A DNA stretch of 57,167 bases from Anaerolineae bacterium (GTDB lineage: Bacteria > Chloroflexota > Anaerolineae > Anaerolineales > E44-bin32), in contig JAUVOZ010000001.1 in the NCBI GenBank assembly GCA_030598885.1, positions 1-57,167 on the forward strand, given 5' to 3'. The notes beneath the pieces are model-generated. The model searched no databases. It was not told where the DNA came from and worked only from the letters and a program-made list of their open reading frames with translations. The first letter of the stretch is position 1; each line of letters starts with the position of its first letter. The position numbers and the translations under genes are program-made. Positions 48,413-57,167 of this stretch are shown here, one piece after another.

Positions 48413-49375
48413 CTAAGAATCATGTCTTGGTAGATCGGGTGATAAGAAGAGCCCCGAGGTCACATCGGCAGGAACCAACACCCTCAACACTCTGCGACGG
48501 ACATGGAATTGGATAGGAGATTCCATCACCCATGGCTCACCATCGATTTGCATCGGCATATTTATCTCTGCCTCGAACGTCGCCTCTCCTGCGCGAAAGT
48601 GAACAACTCCGGGTGCATCGACATGAGTCCCTCTGAAGACCTGTACTACTCTAATCACTACATCCCTCACCGACTCTCCACCGATAAGCCAAAAATCAAG
48701 CAATCCGTCATCTACTTGAGCTCCAGGCGCTATTTCCGCTAATCCGCCTGCATAACCAGGGATGTTGCATGCAATCGCGATAAGAAACCGTCCACTCCAT
48801 TTGTTTTCTGATGTGCGCGCTTGAAGCTCGATCCCCTCCCAACCAATAGAACTCCACAGTGCGGTAGTGGCATAATGCGCGACACTGAATAATTTCTCCC
48901 ACCGAACACGTGGACCGATGCTATTGACAACTTTAGCTGCTAATCCCATCCCAGCCCAAAGTAAAAAAGTTTGTCCATTGCATTCACCGAGATCCACTAA
49001 GCGGATATTACCGTGGGCGAGACGGGCAGCTGCTTGCTCTAAAGCAAACAAATGTCCGTAGTCCAAATGCGGCAAGCCAATTTCCTGAGCCCATACATTG
49101 GCTGTCCCCGCCGGCAGGACACCTAGCGCCGTCTGTGTCCCCGCAAGTGTAGCAGCAACCCGTCCTACCGATCCATCTCCCCCAGCCACGAAGACCGCCT
49201 GACATTCAGCGTGCACAGCCTGTGATGCTAACTCAGACAGTCCAAATTTATCCTTGGTCGTAATCAGCTGTACATCCCAACCAGCTTTTGCCAACACTCG
49301 AGTTGCTCGACCAAGCAGTGGACCAGCCGGGAATCGCCCGGCAGCAGGATTATAAATCAGCCATGCGCGACGCAC
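48413..49375 (-). CDS. diacylglycerol kinase catalytic-domain family lipid kinase (YegS/BmrU-like)
   Basis: AWLIYNPAAG ... VFVAGGDGSVGRVAATL ... GVLPAGTANVWAQEIGL. Confidence 0.7.
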   Translation of the reverse strand: MRRAWLIYNPAAGRFPAGPLLGRATRVLAKAGWDVQLITTKDKFGLSELASQAVHAECQAVFVAGGDGSVGRVAATLAGTQTALGVLPAGTANVWAQEIGLPHLDYGHLFALEQAAARLAHGNIRLVDLGECNGQTFLLWAGMGLAAKVVNSIGPRVRWEKLFSVAHYATTALWSSIGWEGIELQARTSENKWSGRFLIAIACNIPGYAGGLAEIAPGAQVDDGLLDFWLIGGESVRDVVIRVVQVFRGTHVDAPGVVHFRAGEATFEAEINMPMQIDGEPWVMESPIQFHVRRRVLRVLVPADVTSGLFLSPDLPRHDS

Positions 49376-49465
49376 TGTTACCGCTCCAATCGTTAATTAT
49401 AACCTGAATATTTCAGCATCAGTTGCTTCGATCATCAACCGCGGTTAGAATTTCATATAAATACC

Positions 49466-50515
49466 ATGGCGGGGATGTCTGAGCATACTATATTAAGTGG
49501 ACGCTATGAGCTTCTTGGCCACTTGGGCAAGGGAGGCATGGCATACGTTCATCATGCCCATGATAAGAACTTACAGCGTGATGTGGCCATTAAAATATTA
49601 CGTGATTCACTAATCGAAGATCCTGAGTTTCAAGCCCGCTTCTTGCATGAAGCTCGAGCCGCAGCAAACCTTGCTCACCCCAACATCGTGACTATCTACG
49701 ATTTCGGTTACGATAACCGACGCTACTTCATTGTGATGGAGTACGTTGAAGGAACCGACCTTAAGTCATTTATACTTCGCAATAATCGCCTTCCTACAGA
49801 AGAAGCTGTTGATTTGATGATCCAAATAAGCGCTGGCGTTGGCTATGCGCATCGAGCTGGATTAGTTCACTGTGACCTGAAACCACAGAACATACTCGTC
49901 GGGCGCGATAACCGAGTAAAAATAACCGACTTTGGTATCGCTCGCGCATTGGCATCCATTCGTCCTGATGAATATTCCGAGATCGTCTGGGGAAGCCCCA
50001 CCTACTTCGCCCCTGAGCAAGCTGCAGGAGCTTCCCCCTCTCCAGCTAGCGATGTCTATGCCTTGGGCATAATCCTATTTGAAATGCTCACCGGGCGTCC
50101 GCCCTTTGTGGCTACCGACCCTGTCCTTCTCGCCAAACTCCACCAGGTCGCCCCACCCCCACCTCTACGACACCTCAATCCAGCAATTCCGGTGACACTG
50201 GAACAAATAATACTCAAGGTACTCTCGAAGGAACCATCAGCCCGTTACCGGACGGCGGACCAATTCGGTCGCGTCCTATCGTCATTTGCCAGGCAACCCC
50301 AACCAATCGACCAACCAATTCATACCCACTCAACCGACCCACCCCAAAACGATCATCCCCCCCACTCTGAGTTGAGGGAGGTGACCTATCCATCTCCGAT
50401 TGACTGGACGGCTGTCGTCTTGGGATTGTTGGCTTTCATCGCATTGGGAGGACTAATTCCCCTCTGGTTATGGGTTTGTCTGTTATACCCAACATGCCCA
50501 TTAAATACCTGGTAA
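49466..50515 (+). CDS. Hanks-type Ser/Thr protein kinase (non-RD, HCD loop) with C-terminal TM segment
   Basis: GKGGMAYVHHA, VAIKIL, VHCDLKPQNILV and DFGIAR. Pro-rich linker, then a hydrophobic C-terminal helix. Confidence 0.8.
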   Translation: MAGMSEHTILSGRYELLGHLGKGGMAYVHHAHDKNLQRDVAIKILRDSLIEDPEFQARFLHEARAAANLAHPNIVTIYDFGYDNRRYFIVMEYVEGTDLKSFILRNNRLPTEEAVDLMIQISAGVGYAHRAGLVHCDLKPQNILVGRDNRVKITDFGIARALASIRPDEYSEIVWGSPTYFAPEQAAGASPSPASDVYALGIILFEMLTGRPPFVATDPVLLAKLHQVAPPPPLRHLNPAIPVTLEQIILKVLSKEPSARYRTADQFGRVLSSFARQPQPIDQPIHTHSTDPPQNDHPPHSELREVTYPSPIDWTAVVLGLLAFIALGGLIPLWLWVCLLYPTCPLNTW

Positions 50516-50615
50516 GATGACCTTTTGGCCACACCGTATCATAGGGTGATGTATTATAATGTAATGCGCCGGCATAAGAACCCCGGCGAAAGTAATTGTT
50601 TATCAGGAGGTTGTC

Positions 50616-52478
50616 GTGAATTCACCGCGAGGTAGAAACTCGCTTGTTCTCATGATTTTAATTTTGATTGTCGCTGCGTTGGTGCTCCAATTCCGGGGCA
50701 GTGCAAACCAACCTGAGCGGTTGGCTTTCAACGAGGTCGCTGATCGAATTATATCAGGGGAGATCGCTCGAATCGTTGTCGATGATAATGATTTAGAAGT
50801 CATTTTTGAAGATGGGAATACTGCCCTTTCTCGTAAAGAACCCACTAAGACCTTCGTCGAGCAATTACTCGACCTAGGCGTCACATCGAGTGATCTCTCT
50901 ACGACTATAATCAAGCTTGAGATCAAAGAACCAAGCGATTGGAACACGATTATTAGTTTGATCACATATATTCTTCCTGCGTTGCTTGTCGTTGGTTTGA
51001 TTTTTCTGATGCTCCGACAGGCACAGGGCAGCAACAACCAAGCCCTTTCCTTCGGTAAGAGTCGCGCCCGTTTATTTACTGGCGACAAACCAACGGTAAC
51101 CTTCGACGATGTGGCGGGGGTGGAGGAAGCCAAGGAAGAGCTGCAAGAGATCGTCGAGTTCCTACAAGAACCGGAAAAGTTCATCGCGCTTGGAGCCCGT
51201 ATTCCAAAGGGCGTTCTGCTCATTGGAGCGCCAGGCACTGGAAAGACCTTGATGGCAAAGGCCGTTTCAGGCGAGGCTGTCGTGCCCTTCTTCTCGATAT
51301 CCGGTTCTGAATTCGTCGAGATGTTCGTTGGCGTTGGTGCTAGCCGTGTGCGGGATTTATTCGATCAAGCCAAACGGCATTCCCCCTGTATTGTTTTTGT
51401 AGATGAGATCGACGCAGTCGGCCGCCAACGTGGTGCAGGATTGGGCGGAAGCCACGACGAGCGGGAACAAACGCTCAATCAGATGCTGGTCGAAATGGAT
51501 GGCTTCGAAACCGATACCAACGTGATTATCATGGCCGCCACCAATCGACCTGATATCCTCGACCCAGCACTCTTGCGACCAGGCCGCTTTGATCGTCGAG
51601 TGATCCTCGACCAACCTGACATGCGGGGTCGGGAGGCGATCCTCAAAGTCCACGTCAAAGGCAAGCCGCTTGAGGCGGAGGTGAACCTGGGAATTATCGC
51701 CAAATCCACCCCCGGGTTCGTTGGCTCTGACCTTGAGAATCTTGTTAATGAAGCTGCAATTCTAGCTGCCCGTCGGGATAAACGAACCATTGGTCAGTCT
51801 GAGTTCGAAGAGTCGATTGAGCGGGTCATCGCCGGTCCTGAACGTAAAAGTCGTATTATCAACGAGGAAGAAAAGCAGATCATCGCTTATCACGAGGCAG
51901 GTCACGCTGTGGTAGCACATGTGATCCCCGAGGCAGACCCGGTACACAAGGTAAGCATTATCGCCCGCGGCATGATGAGCGGGTTCACCCTGGCCCTGCC
52001 CGAGGAGGACCGAACTTTAATCTCACGTAACAAGATGAAGGGCGATATGGCTTTTATGCTAGGTGGCCGCGCGGCAGAAGAGATCGTCTTCAACGACATC
52101 ACCTCAGGTGCATCCAACGACTTAGAGCGAGTCACGAAAACCGCGCGTTCAATGGTTACCCGTATGGGGATGAGTGAGTTGCTAGGTCCGATGGTATATG
52201 GACAGAAGGAAGAGTTGATCTTCCTCGGTAGAGAGATCTCGGAGCAACGAGACTACTCAGAGAATATCGCGGAAAAAATCGACGCCGAGGTGCACCAACT
52301 AGTGCAAGAGGCCTACGAACGGGCGAAGGAGATACTCATAAAATATCGAGCTCAACTCGATGCAGTTGGCCAGCGATTGATCGAGGTCGAAACCATCAAC
52401 CGCGAGGAGTTTGAGCGGATATTTTCCGAACCCGTGCAACCGAAGAACGGTGGCACTCCTGTACTAATATCCGGATAA
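50616..52478 (+). CDS. ftsH: ATP-dependent zinc metalloprotease FtsH
   Basis: N-terminal TM, AAA Walker [22 protein letters not shown] region, and zinc site [13 protein letters not shown] start after AGGAGG. Confidence 0.95.
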   Translation: MNSPRGRNSLVLMILILIVAALVLQFRGSANQPERLAFNEVADRIISGEIARIVVDDNDLEVIFEDGNTALSRKEPTKTFVEQLLDLGVTSSDLSTTIIKLEIKEPSDWNTIISLITYILPALLVVGLIFLMLRQAQGSNNQALSFGKSRARLFTGDKPTVTFDDVAGVEEAKEELQEIVEFLQEPEKFIALGARIPKGVLLIGAPGTGKTLMAKAVSGEAVVPFFSISGSEFVEMFVGVGASRVRDLFDQAKRHSPCIVFVDEIDAVGRQRGAGLGGSHDEREQTLNQMLVEMDGFETDTNVIIMAATNRPDILDPALLRPGRFDRRVILDQPDMRGREAILKVHVKGKPLEAEVNLGIIAKSTPGFVGSDLENLVNEAAILAARRDKRTIGQSEFEESIERVIAGPERKSRIINEEEKQIIAYHEAGHAVVAHVIPEADPVHKVSIIARGMMSGFTLALPEEDRTLISRNKMKGDMAFMLGGRAAEEIVFNDITSGASNDLERVTKTARSMVTRMGMSELLGPMVYGQKEELIFLGREISEQRDYSENIAEKIDAEVHQLVQEAYERAKEILIKYRAQLDAVGQRLIEVETINREEFERIFSEPVQPKNGGTPVLISG

Positions 52479-52509
52479 AGAATTCTACAATTCAGCATAT
52501 CAACATTAT

Positions 52510-52542
52510 CGACCAGCCCTATTGTAGGGCTGGTCGATTTCT
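52510..52542 (+). terminator. stem-loop (11-bp stem CGACCAGCCCT/AGGGCTGGTCG, 5-nt loop) followed by ATTTCT between convergent ftsH and acyl-CoA ligase genes
   Basis: Inverted repeat read directly. Weak U-tract. Confidence 0.5.
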
Positions 52543-52584
52543 GTAACCCATCTGCCGGGGTTATTCCCTGGCGAATGTGAATTG

Positions 52585-54279
52585 CTATCCAGTCTCCTGT
52601 TCCAGGCGTTCCTTCTCTTGGCGCTGTAGCTCCCGTCGCAGGATCTTGCCGATGGTTGTTTTGGGAAGCTCATCGCGGAATTCGACCTGAGTTGGAACTT
52701 TAAACGGTGCTATTCGTTCTTTACACCAGGCTCGGATTTCATCTACGGTTGCTGTTTCGCCATTCTTGAGCACAACCCAAGCCTTAACTGTCTCGCCGCG
52801 ATATGCATCTGGTATCCCTGCCACACCCACTTCGAGCACCTTTGGATTCTCTGCAATGACTTCTTCAACCTCCCGCGGCCAGACCTGGTAACCGCTCGGC
52901 TTTATCAACTCTTTCTTGCGATCTACGATGTAGAAGTAGCCGTCCTCATCCATGCGAGCAATATCACCAGTGAAAAGCCACCCCTCGCGCAGAGCGTTGG
53001 CCGTTTCGGTAGGCATGTTGTGATAACCCTTCATCACCTGTGGGCCTTTGACCACCAACTCGCCTATCTCCCCCGTGCCAAGCACTGTTGTTTCATCCTC
53101 CAGAGATATGATCCTGGCATCCACATCTGGTAGAGGTACGCCAATCGAACCCTCCTTTCTCAACCCCTGAAGCGGGTTGCAGTGGGTGGCGGTAGGCGTT
53201 TCAGATAGGCCATAACCTTCAACTAACTTTCCACCAGTCAGGGACTCGAAGGTCACCTGTGTTTCGCGCATCAACGGAGCCGATCCGGAGATGCACGCTT
53301 TGATTGAGCTCACATCAACCTTCCCGTTGATCACATCCGGATGGTTGTTGATGGCGTTATACATTGCTGGTACGCCCGGGTAAATCGTGGGCCGATGTTT
53401 AGCGATCAAGCCGAGAACATCACCCATATCACGCGGATTGACAGCCAGAGCCAACGAGGCTCCGGCTGAGACACCGAAACTCATTCCAGCAACCATCCCG
53501 TAGACATGGAACATCGGGATCGCCATAAGGACCACCTCGTTCCCAATTTCAATCTCAGGCAAGCATGCGCGGATTTGGAGTGTGTTCGCCACCATATTTC
53601 GGTGAAGAGCCACGGCTGCCTTCGGCACCCCTGTCGTCCCTCCACTGTATTGGAATATGGCCGTATCCTCAGAACCAATGTCCAGCTTTGGTCGATCCTC
53701 CGGGGTGTACTTGGCGAGAAGGTCCTGCAACCAGACATCACCCTCACCCAGCTCAACCCGGTGACCACCTTTCTTCTCCTTGGTCAGTGTGAAAAGGAAG
53801 CTGAGCAAGCCAGGCAATGCTTCTTTAATATTAGTCACCACTACTTTCTTAAGCGCTGTCTTTGGTTGAGCCTCCTTAATGGTCCTGTAGAACATACTCA
53901 TGGCGATCATGATCTCAAGACCGGAGTCGTTGAGTTGGTACTCGATCTCACGACTCTTATAGAGCGGGTTGAAAGCAACAACCACCCCACCCGCCTTCAG
54001 GATGCCATAAAAGGCGATTACGAACTGGGGGATATTGGCCATGCACAGACCGACCGGTGTGCCTTTCTTCACACCTAACTCCGCCAGGCCGGCTGCTAGC
54101 CGGTCGGTCAGAGCGTCCATTTCAGCGTATGTTATAGTTGCCCCCTTGAAGAGGGTACACGGTTTGTCCGGATACTTGCGCGCCGACTCTTCTAGAAAAT
54201 AAAAAAGAGGCACAGAGGGGTAATCGATACTGTGCGGCACACCGGGGTCATAATGCTTTAGCCAAGGACGCTCTGCCAT
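52585..54279 (-). CDS. long-chain-fatty-acid--CoA ligase (AMP-dependent synthetase family)
   Basis: AMP-binding motif YSGGTTGVPKAA. GYGLSET. C-terminal Lys region PKTTIGKILRREL. Confidence 0.85.
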   Translation of the reverse strand: MAERPWLKHYDPGVPHSIDYPSVPLFYFLEESARKYPDKPCTLFKGATITYAEMDALTDRLAAGLAELGVKKGTPVGLCMANIPQFVIAFYGILKAGGVVVAFNPLYKSREIEYQLNDSGLEIMIAMSMFYRTIKEAQPKTALKKVVVTNIKEALPGLLSFLFTLTKEKKGGHRVELGEGDVWLQDLLAKYTPEDRPKLDIGSEDTAIFQYSGGTTGVPKAAVALHRNMVANTLQIRACLPEIEIGNEVVLMAIPMFHVYGMVAGMSFGVSAGASLALAVNPRDMGDVLGLIAKHRPTIYPGVPAMYNAINNHPDVINGKVDVSSIKACISGSAPLMRETQVTFESLTGGKLVEGYGLSETPTATHCNPLQGLRKEGSIGVPLPDVDARIISLEDETTVLGTGEIGELVVKGPQVMKGYHNMPTETANALREGWLFTGDIARMDEDGYFYIVDRKKELIKPSGYQVWPREVEEVIAENPKVLEVGVAGIPDAYRGETVKAWVVLKNGETATVDEIRAWCKERIAPFKVPTQVEFRDELPKTTIGKILRRELQRQEKERLEQETG

Positions 54280-54519
54280 TTCTTCTTCTCTCCTTACTAG
54301 ATGCTACAAGAACGGCGGATAACCCAACTATTTTATACAACGGAAATGCTGCAAAGCAAAGCGCAGTGATATAATTCCAAGATAACCAGTAATTGAATAG
54401 AAGATTATTACCCACCAATATGTTCTCGACATATGAGGATAAACTACAGCATAGGAAAAAGGATACTTACATCTGATTCCACTTATAAATTCCTACGATT
54501 AAAAGGAGATCCTCTGTAT

Positions 54520-55839
54520 ATGGACAAACCGTCCTTGCCCGGTCACAAAGCAAGAGAGTACATCGATCGAGATAGAAAAGTCATCTCCCCCTCCTACTCA
54601 CGCTTTTATGGATTCATGATGGACCATGGATTGGGGTCTGAGGTATGGGATGTCGATGGCAATCGTTTCATCGACTTCGCCGCGGGAATTGCCGTTTGTT
54701 CGACAGGTCATAGTCATCCGAAAGTCGTTGAGGCTGTTAAACAACAGGCAGATCGTTTCCTGCACATCTCTTCTGACTTTTATCACCCGATATGGATTGA
54801 GTTCTCCGAGCGATTAGCCTCAACCGCTCCGTTCAAGGAACCGGCTCGGATCTTCCTCGGTAACTCAGGCACCGAGGCGGTCGAAGCAGCAATAAAATTA
54901 GCCCGCTATCACTCCGGTCGTCAACAATTCATCGGTTTTTACGGATCATTTCACGGGCGAACACTTGGAGCCCTAGCCTTTACAGCTAGGAAACCTGCCT
55001 ACCGCCATGGTTTCTTACCCCTGATGAACGGTGTGACCCATGTTCCCTTTCCTGATCCTTACCGACCGATCCTTTCATCAAACGACAACGATTACGGTGA
55101 GACGGTTGTCGATTTCATTGAACAGGTTGCTCTGAGTAAGGTTGTGCCACCGGAGGACTGCGCAGCTATCCTCGTCGAGCCTATCCAGGGTGAAGGTGGG
55201 AATGTAGTACCGCCGGATGGCTTCTTCCCCGCCCTGCGACGTTTGTGCGATAAACATGGTATTCTGCTCATCGTTGATGAGGTCCAATCCGGTGTGGGTC
55301 GCACCGGAAAGTGGTGGGCGATCGAGCACTGGGGAGTAGAACCCGACATTGTATGCACTGCTAAAGGGATCGCCTCCGGCCTCCCTTTGGGCGGTATAAT
55401 CGCCCGTGAAAGCCTGATGAATTGGCCTTCAGGTTCTCACGGAAACACGTTTGGTGGCAATCCGATTTCGTGCAGCGCAGGTCTTGCCACCCTGGATTTA
55501 ATCGGAAACGGTATGATGCAAAATGCGGCTGAGGTGGGCGAATACACTCTCGACGCACTGAGTGAGATTCAGGTCCGCCACCCCAGTATTGGTCAAGTCC
55601 GAGGAAAGGGATTGATGATCGGGATCGAATTCGTGAAGGATCGCCAATCGCGCAATCCAGCCAGTGCTCTGCGTGACCGGATCTTAGAACAAGCCTTCCA
55701 ACGCGGATTACTGACTTTGGGCTGTGGCGAAAGTACGATCCGCATCTCTCCACCGCTAAATATCTCTCGAGACTTGATCGATGAAGGTCTGGAGATACTC
55801 GAAATCGCGATCAGCGATGCCGAGGAAGGGTTAGACTAA
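54520..55839 (+). CDS. class III PLP-dependent aminotransferase (GabT/4-aminobutyrate aminotransferase-like)
   Basis: Class III pattern: GNSGTEAVEAAIKLAR, LLIVDEVQSGVGRTGKWWA, CTAKGIASG. I took the ATG at 54520 after AAAGGAGA; the ORF is open from 54433. Confidence 0.8.
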   Translation: MDKPSLPGHKAREYIDRDRKVISPSYSRFYGFMMDHGLGSEVWDVDGNRFIDFAAGIAVCSTGHSHPKVVEAVKQQADRFLHISSDFYHPIWIEFSERLASTAPFKEPARIFLGNSGTEAVEAAIKLARYHSGRQQFIGFYGSFHGRTLGALAFTARKPAYRHGFLPLMNGVTHVPFPDPYRPILSSNDNDYGETVVDFIEQVALSKVVPPEDCAAILVEPIQGEGGNVVPPDGFFPALRRLCDKHGILLIVDEVQSGVGRTGKWWAIEHWGVEPDIVCTAKGIASGLPLGGIIARESLMNWPSGSHGNTFGGNPISCSAGLATLDLIGNGMMQNAAEVGEYTLDALSEIQVRHPSIGQVRGKGLMIGIEFVKDRQSRNPASALRDRILEQAFQRGLLTLGCGESTIRISPPLNISRDLIDEGLEILEIAISDAEEGLD

Positions 55840-55843
55840 GGTG

Positions 55844-57167
55844 ATGCTCCCTGATTTCCGCGTTCGCCAACGAGATTACATGCTCGAGATTTCGCGAGTG
55901 ATTACTGAGGAGCTGGACCTCAACCTGGTCCTGACCCGCATCGCCCGTGTTTCTTCCGAATTGCTCGCTGGCCACGCGGGGTTGATCGCACTGCGCGATG
56001 AAGGTGGTGGTTGGCGCATCGCCTCATCTTATGGCATCAACCCTGATTTCCTCAAGAACTTAGAGCCTTTGCTCGCAGATATACCAGACCATGGCGACCC
56101 AGCCATATTCGCCCTTCCTGAGATCAATCGTCGCCTGCAAAGAATCACCGAAGCTGCTTCTGTCGGTTTGTTGACCGGCGTTGGTCTTCCCATGATCGCT
56201 CGTGGAGAAGTCGTCGGTGTGATTTTCGTTTTCCGTTCGTACCGTGGACACTTTTCCGCCGAGGATCGCAGCCTACTTCAATCTTTTGCTTCTCAAGCAG
56301 CCATCGCTACACACAACGCCCGCCTCTATACCGAAGTAGCCAAGCAGAAACAGCACATGGATGCAATTTTGGAATCAGCCGCCGATGGCATCTTCATCCT
56401 CGATCCCAGTTTCCATTTCACTAGGTTCAATCCCGCTTGTTCACGCATAACGGGTTACTCTTCTGAAGAGGTACTCAGCCGCGAACACGCTGAGATCATC
56501 CGTTGGCTTCAACGTGAACCCGGTTTATCGCTTGAGGAGGCTGAGGCAGGCGGCTGGCCGCTTACCTCACAGACGACCCTTTACGTTGAAGGAGACCTGA
56601 TCACTAAAAATAAGGAGGCGATCAGCGTTGGAATTCGCTACGCGCCAACTATATCCTCTGAAGGACCTCTACTCAGTATTGTCGCCAATATGCGAGATAT
56701 CACCAAGTTTCGCGAAGCTGAAGAACTGAAGAATACTTTCATTTCGATTATCAGCCACGAACTACGCACACCTGTGGCTTTGATTAAAGGTTATGTCGGA
56801 ACCCTGCGACGGGAAGATGCCACCTGGGATCCAAACACCGTACGGGATAGCTTGGCGGTCATTGAAGAGGAATCAGACCGGCTAGCAAGCTTGATCGATG
56901 ATTTGTTAGATGCGTCCAGGCTGGCAGCCGGAGCCTTGGCCTTGACTTTATCTGAAGTATCATTGGATCGTCTTGCGCAACGGTTAACGCAACGATTCGC
57001 GACTCAGTCTACTACACACACATTTGATGTCGACTTCCCGCGCAGCTTCCCCCTGATTATTGGGGACGAACAACGACTTACCCAAGTGCTCTCTAATCTT
57101 CTTTCAAACGCGGTTAAATTCTCCCCTGACGGTGGTCGGGTGAGTATTCATGGTCAAGTTCGACCAG
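55844..57167 (+). CDS. sensor histidine kinase with GAF and PAS domains (3' end outside window)
   Basis: I translated the open frame to the window edge and found no stop. GAF-like N-terminus, PAS-like middle, H-box FISIISHELRTPVALIKGYVGTL, and the start of the ATPase domain (SNLLSNAVKFSPDGGRV). It begins 4 nt after the aminotransferase stop. Confidence 0.8.
   Translation, partial: MLPDFRVRQRDYMLEISRVITEELDLNLVLTRIARVSSELLAGHAGLIALRDEGGGWRIASSYGINPDFLKNLEPLLADIPDHGDPAIFALPEINRRLQRITEAASVGLLTGVGLPMIARGEVVGVIFVFRSYRGHFSAEDRSLLQSFASQAAIATHNARLYTEVAKQKQHMDAILESAADGIFILDPSFHFTRFNPACSRITGYSSEEVLSREHAEIIRWLQREPGLSLEEAEAGGWPLTSQTTLYVEGDLITKNKEAISVGIRYAPTISSEGPLLSIVANMRDITKFREAEELKNTFISIISHELRTPVALIKGYVGTLRREDATWDPNTVRDSLAVIEEESDRLASLIDDLLDASRLAAGALALTLSEVSLDRLAQRLTQRFATQSTTHTFDVDFPRSFPLIIGDEQRLTQVLSNLLSNAVKFSPDGGRVSIHGQVRP

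Noticed and set aside
53506-54078. 190-aa ORF on + strand inside the acyl-CoA ligase gene
   Set aside because: Antisense to a strongly supported AMP-binding enzyme gene. No motif.

Overview
This 57 kb window looks like ordinary chromosome, not an obvious mobile or defence island. About 50 protein genes and one tRNA are tightly packed on both strands, at roughly 50-55% GC. I saw no CRISPR array, transposase, integrase or phage structural genes. Several features point to a filamentous Chloroflexota-type (Anaerolineae-like) genome. These are giant TPR proteins, a TPR-CHAT protease, a Ser/Thr kinase fused to a PQQ beta-propeller, a GT-C glycosyltransferase fused to NHL repeats, and a DUF348-G5 lipoprotein. 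This placement is inference only. Recognisable housekeeping genes are ftsZ, a polar amino-acid ABC transporter, class V and class III aminotransferases, tRNA-Leu(GAG), plsX plus two tandem fabF (KAS II) genes, rsmD, sucCD, scpB, UDP-glucuronate decarboxylase plus GtrA, acpP, the fni-polyprenyl synthase pair, ftsH, an acyl-CoA ligase, a diacylglycerol-kinase-family lipid kinase and a GAF-PAS histidine kinase that runs off the window end. Four loci are the most likely candidates for undescribed biology. First, ftsZ is preceded by an uncharacterised 436-aa gene whose stop overlaps the ftsZ start, and upstream of that by an overlapping pair encoding a giant TPR protein and a TPR-CHAT caspase-like protease; there is no ftsA or ftsQ. 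Second, a membrane NERD-like protein with degenerate catalytic residues sits between, and is translationally coupled to, the two KAS II paralogs. Third, a compact signalling block runs STK(PQQ propeller)-PP2C-(J domain + vWA)-(zinc ribbon + FHA)-small ORF-OmpR RR-NarL RR; it resembles an elaborated TerY-P-type phosphorylation triad feeding two orphan response regulators. Fourth, an SPFH/band-7 protein carries a C-terminal excisionase-type HTH and is paired with a coiled-coil protein. Gene starts were adjusted where an RBS and a conserved N-terminus supported it. All functional calls rest on motif recognition by eye; no database search was possible.
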